The notes under the pieces are model-generated. The model saw only the letters and a list, made by a program, of their open reading frames with translations. It did not search any database and was not told the DNA's origin. Shown in pieces: positions 44,726 to 56,031 of a stretch of DNA of 64,000 bases. A program made the translations under genes and the position numbers. The stretch lies in the NCBI GenBank assembly GCA_977018835.1, contig OZ361258.1, forward strand, positions 3,410,001 through 3,474,000. Direction: 5' to 3'. The stretch comes from Minutocellus sp. GHC0000111 (Eukaryota). Every line of letters starts with the position of its first letter. Position 1 is the first letter of the stretch.

Positions 44726-46327
44726 CTAACCGTTATCTTGCTCACCGTGAGCTGTGTCCGCTGCATTATTATTGCCGCCCATGTGATTGGTGGTGTTATT
44801 GGCCATAAGCATCACAATCACGCTCCTCATAAAGCTTTGGCGCTCTCTTCCCTCCGTAGCTGATAAAGATTGATCTTGTAGGATGGTTTGAAGCCACACA
44901 CAGGATAACTCGAGCGAAGTCCTTCCCGCAGCATTCTGCACCATTGGATCAGCCCCGGCCGACAAGAGCACGGATATTCTGGAAAGTACGTCTTTCCTCT
45001 TCTCGGCACCGAGATTAAATGAACGGGCGCCGCAGATTGAAGGAAGTGGAGTATTTCCTCTCGAATCTGAAACAGAAATGAGTTCAGCAGGAGCGCGACT
45101 AACAAGAGTTTTAAACACATCCCTTTGGCATTTCCGCGAACTCTCGGCATTTTTGTCCTCGTTCTCGCGGCCATCAGATGCCTGCAATCGTCTTGATGGC
45201 AAACTTCCAATTGCGGCACAGATTGACTGTATAATATTTTGACCATGCTTTCCCGGCGAGCATCTTACCGACAAGTCTAGATCTTGCCGCGTCAAAAGAT
45301 ATTCGAATGTCGGGTTGTTATCCCAGAAAGACAAGCATGCTATTGAAGCATACAGCACAGTCACCGAGAATTTCTCAGGAGTAAGCCGGTCTGTGACGGC
45401 AGGATAAAGACGATTGATATCAACCATGCCTTCCCCAAGCATGTAATCCAAAACAGTGGTCAATCCCAAGGTCACCGCCACCATTGGACTACTGAACATG
45501 GATGAAACAGTCGCGCTTGATAGCAAGAATGTGATGGTGGACTTCTTCGACGTGTTCTTGAACAACTCCTCCAGGTGATCATTTGATGCTACGTCATCTC
45601 CGACTATGGGCATGTCGTCAATGGCAAGCAGTGTATCCCCGCACTTCACGGGTACTTTATGACTTTGCAACTTCTTCTCAAATCCCTCCGTGCAACCAGT
45701 GTAAGCCAGGTACCCTCCCAGTGATTTCTGGAACTGGATCCTCCGAGCTTGTTTCCCCTTGACCAATATCGATATGGTGGAACGCCGATCAGATGCAAAG
45801 TCTTCAATGGGAGGGAGACAACGCCTCTTCCAAGGATTGGCCTCCATCCAAGATAGTATCTTCTGGCGGTACAACTCCATCTTCGTATGGCAGTGATGAC
45901 GTCCGTGAGGACCAGCGCTATAGCGTTGGAATCCTATCGAACCATTGAAATCGATAGCATTCTCAAAAGTGGAGGCATTATCGGTGTCATGAGCATGGTG
46001 GGACTTTTGGCTATGAATATGCCAAGAGGTCACACAAAATGTGAGGTAGGCCTCGTTATCGGCAAGATATTCTCGACGTACCAACGTGGACCAAAATCGC
46101 CCGATGGCGACACAGTAGTTCGTAAGGTGACGACCGACGTCTAAATAGGCGGCAACGTGGACGAGAATTTCGGGTGGCACCTGCAGGGGGGAGGAATTCT
46201 GTTGTTCGCCGGGCGGAGTCTTGTCGATGTCGGCATTTGTAAGAGTGATCGCACCGACCGAGTCTGCCAATGAGATCACTGCTGCATCAGCTGGCAAGCC
46301 TTCTCCGGCGTCGTTGGTGCTTTCCAT
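44726..46327 (-). CDS. Hypothetical protein with F-box-like motif and ankyrin-like C-terminus
   Basis: LQVPPEILVHVAAYL; DSRGNTPL...VLLSAGADPMVQNAAGRTSL. ATG at 46327. Confidence 0.7.
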   Translation of the reverse strand: MESTNDAGEGLPADAAVISLADSVGAITLTNADIDKTPPGEQQNSSPLQVPPEILVHVAAYLDVGRHLTNYCVAIGRFWSTLVRREYLADNEAYLTFCVTSWHIHSQKSHHAHDTDNASTFENAIDFNGSIGFQRYSAGPHGRHHCHTKMELYRQKILSWMEANPWKRRCLPPIEDFASDRRSTISILVKGKQARRIQFQKSLGGYLAYTGCTEGFEKKLQSHKVPVKCGDTLLAIDDMPIVGDDVASNDHLEELFKNTSKKSTITFLLSSATVSSMFSSPMVAVTLGLTTVLDYMLGEGMVDINRLYPAVTDRLTPEKFSVTVLYASIACLSFWDNNPTFEYLLTRQDLDLSVRCSPGKHGQNIIQSICAAIGSLPSRRLQASDGRENEDKNAESSRKCQRDVFKTLVSRAPAELISVSDSRGNTPLPSICGARSFNLGAEKRKDVLSRISVLLSAGADPMVQNAAGRTSLELSCVWLQTILQDQSLSATEGRERQSFMRSVIVMLMANNTTNHMGGNNNAADTAHGEQDNG

Positions 46328-46695
46328 GATACAAGCATGCGCAGGGCGGTACCAATTGGTACTAGTACTAGTAGGAAGGGGGAATCTCTTGTCGTTGTCT
46401 TTTGCTTTTGGGCACTGACGGCCGCGCGGGCGGGGGCGGTTCGGGGGGCATCGGGAGGCGAGGAACTTGGTACAACGACGGCCAGACTGAGAGGGCATAA
46501 GTATTCGCGACCAAACCAAAAGCCCACAATGCCACGCACAATTGCACAGTGGAGGCAAAGTCCAGCTGCCAATGGTATGAGATCCTTGGATGTGACAGGC
46601 GCTCCCACCGAGAAGATATACTAGTGGAGTTGGCGGCCCAGACGGCTTTCTCGGCTCGCTTGTTCGCTTGGCTGGTCGATGGTCGTCTCGCAGTA

Positions 46696-47751
46696 ATGGT
46701 CATCACCAATGTGGGACGTGGCAGTTCAAGTTCAAGTGGAAAGAACGCCAATCGACGAACGATCATATCTACACTGATTACAGCCGTGCAGTTCCTCGCA
46801 ATCTGCCTGTCGCTGTCGGTCGTTGGTTATTCCAACCTGAGTATACTGCGGAGCGCAAGCAAAGGTGCACAATCCAATACTGCGGCAGTTCGGGGCGCTA
46901 CTGCTACGAGTACTGGCGATGCTTCGCCTCAAAACCCACCTTCAAAGATTCCTCCAAAGATTCCACACAACATCATTTTCACGTACAAACATGACATTCT
47001 GCGAACGAAGGAACCCAAGCTGTTCTATGATAACGTTGTGAATACACGAGATGCATATCTCTCTGCGTGGAACCATGATCCAGCTGCTCACGTCTACTTT
47101 TTGGATGACGATGGATGCCGGGGATACATCGAGCAAGCTGAGCCAAAGCTACTGCAATACTTCGACAATGAGGAGCAGGGAATGTATAAAGCCGACATCT
47201 GTAGAATTGCTGCTCTGACGGTACTCGGAGGGTATTATTTCGATACCGACCTGAAAGTGGTGGAACCAGTATTGCTCGATGACGACACAACATTTGCTAC
47301 AGTAAAGGAGGCCATCAAGGCAGCATCGTGCACAGGTGGGTGTCCCAAAGATCCAGCAATCCTTGCCGCAATCAACGCCCAGGTAATCAAAGCTCACGAG
47401 GGGAATATGTTTCAGGCATTCCTTGCGGCCGAGCCCGGTCATCCGATATTGAAGGCGGCCCTACACTTTATGGTGTTGCACTACGAGGGGAAGAAAGATT
47501 CACACAGTCTCATGGGCGTCTCTACATTAGCTGATGCATATAAGTCGCTAGGTCCGGAACAGCGGGGGAAGCATCGACTACTACAAGAATACAAAAATAT
47601 TGATGAAAGTGACGCTGATTATTATCCCGGTTTCCATCAAGATGGCAGGGGCTGCTGCTGTGATTATCTTGTTCATGATCCGAAGGAGCGAAAGGTTTAT
47701 TTCTTTTCCAGGATTGTGGGCTCGTCTGAGGAGAAATGTGCCCTACCATAG
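46696..47751 (+). CDS. DXD-type glycosyltransferase (GT32/OCH1-like), type II membrane protein
   Basis: N-terminal TM helix, KIPHNIIFTY, YKADICRIAAL, GGYYFDTD, FLAAEPGHPIL. Confidence 0.85.
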   Translation: MVITNVGRGSSSSSGKNANRRTIISTLITAVQFLAICLSLSVVGYSNLSILRSASKGAQSNTAAVRGATATSTGDASPQNPPSKIPPKIPHNIIFTYKHDILRTKEPKLFYDNVVNTRDAYLSAWNHDPAAHVYFLDDDGCRGYIEQAEPKLLQYFDNEEQGMYKADICRIAALTVLGGYYFDTDLKVVEPVLLDDDTTFATVKEAIKAASCTGGCPKDPAILAAINAQVIKAHEGNMFQAFLAAEPGHPILKAALHFMVLHYEGKKDSHSLMGVSTLADAYKSLGPEQRGKHRLLQEYKNIDESDADYYPGFHQDGRGCCCDYLVHDPKERKVYFFSRIVGSSEEKCALP

Positions 47752-47796
47752 ATCAAATAATTAGATCAGAATCGAGTAAATTTGAACTTGCGCAAC

Positions 47797-49027
47797 CTAC
47801 TTTAGCGATATTACTTTGCCATCCACTTTGAACTCGTCCGACTCTTTTCCGATGCGTTCCAACATCTTCTTCAGCTCCTCTTTCTTACTGTCGCTAATCT
47901 TGAGACGCTTTTGTATTTTCTTTGTCAGCTTTTTATACTTCATGGCCTTCTTGTGAACCTTCTTTTCATTTTTAATCAAAACCTTCTTCATTGCGCCAGT
48001 AACATCTGACGAGCTGGCCTGGATGCCACTGTTCTCGTCGTCTGAAGTAGTAGCAGATTCGCTGCCCGAAGACGAACCACTGGTCGCATATCGTCCAACC
48101 GCTTCAAGGCCAGCATCAATATCTTTGCTATCACCCGCCAACAGAGCTCGAATTTTAGCCAATTCAGCTCTGCTCTTGCGATTCCTCTCGGCGATGCGTT
48201 CAAGCTTCTTCTCGGTCTCGGTTTCAGCGACATATTCTGGAAGACGCCCCTCCATCTCATCGATTGCCACCTGGCGCCAAGCCAAATCCAATGGTGTGGG
48301 CTTCTTCGGCCGAGGCTGCGACGAGGTTGAAGTCGAGGTCGAGTCTGTCAAAGGCCTCTCCTCCTGCTTTTCGATCTTGGCATCTGCCGACTCTGACTTC
48401 TCTTTATCGTTCTTTTGTGTTTCCTTCTTCTTTGAGCTTTTACTGGTACTTTTGCTACTTTTCGCTACTTTCGTCCTTCTTCTTCTTCTTGGCAGCAGCA
48501 GCATTCTCCAATTTCATTTTGGCCCTCTCGGCCTTCTTTGCTTTTTTGCGTTCATCCCGCAAAATGAGCGCCTTTGCTCTCTGAACATCCTCTTCGCTCA
48601 TGCCTTCTCCATTCGTTTCGAGATATTGTTTGCGTAGTGCAGCATTTCTCTCGATTTGTTCAGGGGTAGCTTGCTTTGCCCATTGGTTTGCTGCTGGTGT
48701 AGTTTGTGGCTTCTTACTATTACCAGCACCGCCGCGCTTGATCTTATGCTTGGCACTTTTGTTTGTCTTTTTCCGAAGAGGATTCACGGTTCTCTTTGTT
48801 GAGTTCGCTGCGTTTTCATCTTTGGGAGGCCTTGATGTTGATGCAGGAGCAGTTTCAGCTGTTGTAGGGGCGACAATAGGAGCGGCGCCACCCCGAGCTT
48901 TCGCCTCCTTGGCCGCCTGGCGCTCCTTTCCTTTCTTGGCGTCGCTAAAGTCGGCCCGACGCTGCTCGGCCACGGACTTGTTGCGCTTCTCCGCTCGGCG
49001 GCGGATAGCCTCCTCGGATCGAGCCAT
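47797..49027 (-). CDS. Lys-rich hypothetical protein (frameshift near 48460)
   Basis: ORFs 48455-49114 and 47797-48504 join as DESSESSKSTSKSSKKK if one A is removed from an A-run. ATG at 49027 (MARSEEAIRRR). Confidence 0.65.
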
Positions 49028-49411
49028 GGGGTAAAGCAAGTTGGAAATGAGTGGATGGACCAGGTGTGTACTCCTCCAATTTAAGAGTTGAGTCCATGGT
49101 ACCAAAAGATTCAATATTGAGAGTGTACAGTCTTTCCGTCACCATATCTTGTGCTTATGTTCTTTCTTCATGACCGTAGAAAATTGTGTAAGATCTGTCC
49201 TTGGCGAGGTGTTGGCGGCGGATATGGCGAGGTTGATGGCGAGGTAATTGCGATCTGTTTGGTTGTTGCGTAAGTGATATGCGTTGACAACCCATCACTT
49301 ATCCAATAATTACGCGAAGGCAAGGTCTATGCGATACCATTTTCCCACCTTTGAGCCCAAGAGTAAGCCCCAGGCAACCCTGCCTACTAGTCGTTGCATT
49401 CCAAACAAGTT

Positions 49412-50440
49412 ATGATGATCTCTCGACGTGGATTCCTCCTCCTTCTCGTGGCAGCATCGGCTCCCCATGCGGCATCGGCCAAGGTTCGTGGCGGCATTTC
49501 CGCCGAGCAAGAAATGAACCACCGGGACTTGGTGGAAATCGTCGCCAAGCTCCAGCAGGGATACGACGACCTGAAATCCAAGCACGACGATCTCCACTCC
49601 AAGCACAACAAGCTCCAAAGACAGTACGATGCTGAAAAGGCCGAGCGTGAGCTCCAGCAACAGCTTCCTCGATCGGCATGCAACTGCGCGTCTCTGACGG
49701 TGGCCGGCGATACATTCCTCGGAGGTGACACCACCATCTACGGCGACACCAACCTTTCTGGCGATATCACCACCATCACAGGCACTTCCCTGTCGATCCA
49801 ATCCAAGAAGACGGAAATTGATGGCGACATGCTCACCATCCAGACCAGCGGAGCTGGAACAAGGACCGGAGCCAATTCGGCAATCAACGTGGCCGGTGGG
49901 GCCATCACCGCTGCATCGCTTACGGTGTCCGGTGAGACCTTCCTCGGTGGTAGTATGACCGTCATGGGCGACGCCAACCTGAGCGGTGGCAAGACAACAG
50001 TTGTCGGTGATGAAATGATCATCAAGAGCAGCAAGACCGAGATCGATGGGCAAATGGCAACCATCAAGACGCGAAGTGTCGCCAATCGAGACGGCGAGCC
50101 CGCAACGACGTCCATCAACATCAACGGCGGCAGCATGGCAATCCTCGGAGATTCCATGATGATGCGTGGATTCGAATACTTTACCGTCAATGCCGACCAA
50201 ACAAGCATTACTGGAGAGGTCGATATAATAGGAAGCACGAGCATCAAAGGAGACCACCTGGCGATTGACGGCGGTCTAGTCAGTCTCGGTAAGAACACTG
50301 CCATGATTGTAGATGGCACGGTCGCCTTGAACAATGTTACATCCGTCCGAGACCTGCGAAGTAAGAATACCACCATAACGGAGAGCTTGATGATGTGCGG
50401 AATGTTCGAGGCCGGTATGAAGGAATGCCCAACTCGATGA
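49412..50440 (+). CDS. Secreted protein with coiled coil and beta-strand repeat (beta-helix-like) region
   Basis: Signal peptide MMISRRGFLLLLVAASAPHAASA, heptads LQQGYDDLKSKHDDLHSKHNKLQ, and a 75-aa internal repeat (units start at 49688 and 49913). Confidence 0.8.
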   Translation: MMISRRGFLLLLVAASAPHAASAKVRGGISAEQEMNHRDLVEIVAKLQQGYDDLKSKHDDLHSKHNKLQRQYDAEKAERELQQQLPRSACNCASLTVAGDTFLGGDTTIYGDTNLSGDITTITGTSLSIQSKKTEIDGDMLTIQTSGAGTRTGANSAINVAGGAITAASLTVSGETFLGGSMTVMGDANLSGGKTTVVGDEMIIKSSKTEIDGQMATIKTRSVANRDGEPATTSININGGSMAILGDSMMMRGFEYFTVNADQTSITGEVDIIGSTSIKGDHLAIDGGLVSLGKNTAMIVDGTVALNNVTSVRDLRSKNTTITESLMMCGMFEAGMKECPTR

Positions 50441-50562
50441 TTGTGTGGAGATCTATTTACAAAGAGCCCTACAATGCTTAAAAGGGAAAGAACTAGAGCT
50501 TGTAAAAATTGGTTTGTATAAGATGTATAATGCATTTGTTATGATTCAATGTACTGTGGTAT

Positions 50563-51279
50563 TCAAGATGCTGTTTCGTATTCCTCGGTCATACCAGCAG
50601 CAACTGCGGCGGTGGCGGCGGCGGCAGTAGCCCTTCGGTGTTGAGCTCTCCAGGCTCTGGCCCTGGCGACAGATCTTGCTCTGGCCGCCCTTCTCGTGGC
50701 GGTTAGGGTCCCAGTAGGCCTAGTAGATAGCTTCCCGGACGGATTGGTGGTGGCTGGTCCCTCCTCTCTCTGCTCGCGTGCCTGGAGCTGCTGCTCCTCG
50801 TGCACCCTCTTGTTCTTTGCGTCCCTCTGATTGAGATACTTCTGCATCGTAGGGGTGGTATGCTCATTAAGAATCTTATCCCACTCCTCGTCAGAGTCGT
50901 ATCCATGAGATGTTTCCCTCCCCTGATTCTGTAGGCCTAGGTCCTTGATCTCAGCCTGGAGCACACGAATAGTATCTTGGGCATTTGCAAGCTGTTCCTT
51001 GACCTTTTCGAGCTGCGCCTCAAGCTCGATGGCTTTCTGTACCATCCTTCCCTCGTTCGTCAGGGAGAGCATTTTCTCAACTCTCTGGTACGCCTTCTCT
51101 AAACCTGCAACCTTTGTGGCCAGATCGTCGTTAGTGGCCTCTTTAGGAGGATTGGCGTGAAAGGCTTCGAGTCGTTTCGCAATGCTCCTCTGGTACTCGA
51201 CATCATTGTCAAGCTCCTGAATCAGCTTTCGAGCCGCTTCCTTTCTCTCAGCAGGCGTCATGGTACGAGTAGTAGGCAT
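50563..51279 (-). CDS. Coiled-coil hypothetical protein
   Basis: 238-aa ORF with ATG start and strong heptad pattern. No recognisable family. Confidence 0.55.
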   Translation of the reverse strand: MPTTRTMTPAERKEAARKLIQELDNDVEYQRSIAKRLEAFHANPPKEATNDDLATKVAGLEKAYQRVEKMLSLTNEGRMVQKAIELEAQLEKVKEQLANAQDTIRVLQAEIKDLGLQNQGRETSHGYDSDEEWDKILNEHTTPTMQKYLNQRDAKNKRVHEEQQLQAREQREEGPATTNPSGKLSTRPTGTLTATRRAARARSVARARAWRAQHRRATAAAATAAVAAGMTEEYETAS

Positions 51280-51467
51280 GTTTGATTCCCTTGCGTTGGG
51301 TGGTATCCCGTGATTTGTGATACCGATTTGGTGATATTCCGCTGACGGCTGGTGACGGACGTGTCGACCTCATTTCTTTTAACAACTTAACTTCCAGGGC
51401 AAATCCATGCTTACGATCACATGCATCACGGCCAAATCTAGCTAACTTCATCGAGGGTACGATACAC

Positions 51468-52027
51468 ATGGACCGTTTCGATATCAACAAGGACGGTATC
51501 GACAAAGCGATCAAAGAGCGGCTGGGTGATGATACTGCCGCAGAGAAGGTCCAAGGGGTTGGGGAGGAATCCACAGCAAAAGTTCGTATCAACGATGACA
51601 TTGGCGATGACGACGAGGAGGACGAGGAGGATTACTTTTTGAGGGAGTTAAATGCCTGGGTGGTGAAGAGGCATTGGAGTACGGAAAAGCTTTCTGGAAG
51701 CAGCTGGAGGAGCGAGATGCCCGATTGGCCAGACAGCGTCGGGAAGAGACTCGAGTTCAGACTTCGCGCGCATGTAGCCTGGAAGGGCTTCGTTCTGACA
51801 TACAGGCACTTACGGAGGCATCGACAGAGGTCATGCGGTCTCATCACAATGGTGAGGCTTTGGTGAAGCTGAGGGACTCAATCATTCAGAACAAGAAGAT
51901 GGGCGCAAAGATCAAACAGCTGGAAAATGAGAACGAGATGCTCAAAAAGAAGCTCAGTGCCGCCTTGGGTACCGCCGATTCCGAATCAGATGGTGAAAGC
52001 TCTATTTGTTCGCGGTATCGATGCTGA
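51468..52027 (+). pseudogene. Shortened, frameshifted paralog of the 56032-57421 coiled-coil gene
   Basis: FWKQLEERDAR...EASTEVMRSHHNGEALVKLRDS aligns with FWKKIQERDAR...EASTEAMRASRNGDTVVKLRDS. Frameshift near 51658. Confidence 0.6.
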
Positions 52028-53119
52028 TTGATTCCCATAATGATCACAGCGGTCTCATGTCTACAGCCTAAGGGGAAAGCGTGCCGAGACTTCTCACTAA
52101 CGCCTCAGTGAACAATTCGGCTAGACTTTTCAAGCATTGGTACTATGCTCCATAACTTCTAGCTAGAAAATCTTCCCAAGCTCATATCACACTCAATAAG
52201 TTAGATATTCTGTCTCAGATCCTACCGGTACGGCACTACCGGTATGATTCTGTCGATATCTATCGACGCCGGCTCGAAAGGTCGGTGCTGGCCGTCGCTG
52301 AAGACACGCTGCTCTCTGGGGAGGCACAGACCTACAATTTGCGTTATAGTAAAACACAGGGACAAAGATATCATGCAAACCAAATCGCACCGCACTCCCT
52401 GGGACCATATTGACATAGCCGATAGCTTGGAATGAAGTGACGGTTCAATCTGTGCCACTATCGTCGCGGTAACCAAAGGGCTGAGACAATCTTTGATACA
52501 CGCTCTCTCGGGGAAGGCACAGACGTACAATTTGCGCTATAATCCACTAATATGGAATTGAACGCGCAACAACCACTGCCCCATCTCCTCTCGTCGACTA
52601 TCTGGAGCCAACGATGTGCTTGGTTTCGAGGAGCGGGACGTCGAGATCACCCCGACATCAGCTCAAAGACCATGGCCTACAATAACACCTTTTCTCGGCA
52701 CACCACGAGCGGTGGAGAATGGACCGCGATTATTTCCTTCTTGAGCCTGCAATGCTGAAGCAAACATGGCCCAATTCGACCCCCTGCCTGAGCACGGGGG
52801 GGGAACATGCATGCTTACCCCACAACGGCGGACAGACCTTTTTCAGCGCGACGACGCGACGACGGACGGGACGACCACCACAACACAACATGAACTAACT
52901 GCACGAATATCCTGCCGCTTGATCATGTGATTCCGAGCTTGGCGAAGCCAGTATGTTCCCTCGCTTGCGTTCCTATGCCGTGTTTCTTTAGGAATTTCTC
53001 ACCATCAAAAACCCGACGGGCTACATGTAAACGTTCGGGATACATGTATTAATACTCGCAATCTCGCAGTTTCGAAGTTGCAGGGCAGCAAGCGACGGCA
53101 AAAAATAATGGCTGCGAGG

Positions 53120-53670
53120 CTCGTGGGGTTGCTGAATCGGACCCTGCCGTAGGAGGGCCGGTCCGAACCGGCGTCACCAATCGACTGCCTCATACTGGCA
53201 CCGACGACGGTGCCATAGCTGCTGAACTTGGCCACCAGATCATCGATGGAGATGTTGTTGGGAAGGTCCTCGACGAGCAGCTCGAACGGGGGACCGCCGG
53301 CGCCTCCGCCGATGGACACGCGCATCTTGTGCCAGGCCGGAGAAACAGGGGCGTAGGATGAAAGGGGAGGAGGAGGAGGAGGAGGCATCTGGGCCCAATA
53401 CCATCCCCACCTCCATAGGGTCCAAAGCCACCGCCGCCACCGTACATCTGGCGCCTCTCCTCGGCCTTCTTGATCTGACGCTCTCGGTCGTGAGGAGCGA
53501 TGTAAACGCCTGGTCTGCCCATCAAGTGACGGTATTGTTCTCGGCCTCGGCCAGATCGGCGACGGCAACTGCACCCAGGTCGTCTTGCATTGTAATGAAT
53601 CCAAAGCCACGGCTGCTGCCCGTGATGCGATCGACTATCAGGCGGACTTGCTCTACTTTTCCATTGGTCC
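53120..53670 (-). pseudogene. Degraded two-RRM RNA-binding protein relic
   Basis: GKVEQVRLIVDRITGSSRGFGFITM (RNP1), a Gly-rich linker and LLVEDLPNNISIDDLVAKFSSYGTV...YGRVRF lie in different frames with a stop. Confidence 0.6.
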
Positions 53671-53701
53671 AAATGGTGAGTAAAATAGTTTAAATCTGAT
53701 T

Positions 53702-55843
53702 TTAGTTTCTTGCTTGTAAACTGGCGCAAAGTATGGTGTGGAAGCGGATAATGGCCTCGAGAAATGTGTTATTCACGTGCATCAACATGTATTTTCCTTG
53801 GTAATCGCCCATCTTTTCACCTGTCATCGTGTAGATATCATCTACCTTTCCCAGGACGTCGCCCCTGGTTAATTTGTGTGGATCACGGCTGCCTCTCACT
53901 GCGTCGAAGCTCCCAGTCCAGAACTTTGGTTTCGCAACGAAACCGACCGTCTTTTCCATTGTTCTGATAGAACTGCCGAAGACAGAAGCGGCAAAATCAA
54001 GCGTAGTAGATACCAGGTCGACCTTCACAAGCTGCTCATCTACATCGGCACCAAGCGCAAAGACCATAAATGCCATGCTCGGAAGGTTGATGCGACCCTC
54101 GCCATCCTTGCCGTCAAAGTAGTCGCTTCCGCCCTTGTACTCTCCAGAGGTAATATCAAGGGTGGCAGCTTTCCGATACAGGTCCTTGAGCTTTTCATTG
54201 CGCTTGAATCCCTTCATACCCCTGACGAAAGCCAGAATCAGCTCGACTTTGGCACTGGAATTATCCTTGCTGCATTGAAAAATGACTGCGCTGAAAAAAT
54301 GCATGGCATTGCAGTCTATGGAAGCACAGTTCAGAGCTCCAACCCCCTTGGCGAGCTTCAAAGCCTTATTCCGGTCCTTCTTTGTGATGAGGAAGTCTGC
54401 GACGGTTCCTCTTTCAAGGACATCGATAGCAACTCTGAAATTCAATATGAAGCGGATAGCATTTCACAGAGTGTTTTTCAGTCGAAGGCATTCAAGCAAC
54501 GATGTTTTGCATGACGTACCGGTGGCCTCCTGGGCATTTTTTACGACACCACGAGCGTAGTCTAGTTCGTCCATTTGACTTGCTTCACCTCCTTCTTGGG
54601 TAGAATCATCCTTGGTGCTCTTCAACGCATCGCCAAGCGTCTTGCCTTTGATACGAAATTTCTGTTCGCCAATAAGATCCTCGGTAATTCCCTTCTCAAG
54701 GACAAGAAGATGGTCTATCACCTCTTGGTAAGGCTCGAGAAAAGTGACGAAGTCGGCGATGGCTTGTTTGAGTTGGTCGGGTGTGATATCGCCGCGCACA
54801 AACATCTTTAATGTTTCGACCACCATCTTTATAACTGGGATTGCGTCGGCAGCATATTGCGGAAGAGGGCGATCCTGACCGCCGCCATCTGTTTCGCCCA
54901 ACTCGTCCAACTTCTGCTGGAGCTCGTTGATAACAATCTGGATCTGTTGGTCGTCGGCATGAGAATACTCCAGTAGGGCCAAATGTCCAGCGAGGTCGCG
55001 GTCTGTGATCATTGTCTCGCTTGCATCCGCTTCAGCATCGGCCGTTCTTTCTGATCCAGTGTCCTTGCCCGCAGCTGCTTTCTTTTGCGTCGTCGTCGTC
55101 GTCGTCTTCTTTTTACCCATCTTTTCCCTCCCTTTCGTCTTCGTCTTTTTGGGCTTTGGTTGGGGTGACGGAGAAGGGGCCTGTGGGGCCGGCCGTTGTC
55201 TAGTACTACGCCTCACGCCATTGGATTTAGTTGCAGCCAGAGCATGTGCTGAGTCGATAGAGTCGCTAAGCAAGGAGGTCGCACCACGCACTTCTTCAGA
55301 GGAAGCATCTTCTTCTTCGGAAGAAAACTCATCATAAGTGCTGCTTTCATCATCGCCCATGCGCCCACCATCGCCGTTCTCGTCGATGTTGTGGGGCGGA
55401 GGAAACGGAACCGATTCGATAGCAACGTTTGCATTCTGTACCAAATCTATCGTATCGGTTGCAGCATCGACCTTTGCTTGAAGCCTATTCAAGTCGTCCG
55501 TATCGGTTGCAGCATCGGTCGATTCTTTTGTTTGGCGGTAGGCTTTGCCGCAACTTTTACTCAAGGCAGCCTTGATGGATGTTATCTGATTGACCAATCC
55601 TTTCTTACTCCTCCACAGGAGCTTTTGGAATTGCCTTTCGTTGAGCCCTTCCTTCTCCATCCATTTCCCGGCTTGCGCTAAATGACTTGAGAAGAGATCC
55701 CCAAGAAGAGTGTGGACATAAGGCGGTATGTTATCTTGGCCAGTGCGAATTGCTTTTAAAAGCTCCAGTATTAATGCCGTACCATTCGCCCCTTCTAACA
55801 TATCTGGCGCGGCAGCTGGCGTTGCGTTGTCCTCTTCCTCCAT
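53702..55843 (-). CDS. Hypothetical ~710-aa protein interrupted by one in-frame TGA (54464-54466)
   Basis: ORFs 54464-55843 and 53702-54445 share a frame: LKNTL*NAIRFILNFRVAIDVL. The downstream ORF has no ATG of its own at its start. Confidence 0.55.
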
Positions 55844-56031
55844 GGCGCCGGTAAGGTGAAAGGTGATGCGATTGGTTCGTCTGGTGATTTTGTGCGAGCT
55901 GTAGGCTGGCGTCAGCCTGACTCGCTCTGCGTGCTCGCATCAAAATGAGCGCGACTATAAGACTGGTATCACTCACTCGAGCACAAACACGAAACAACAC
56001 AAAAACACAAACATACCCAAGTCAACTACCC

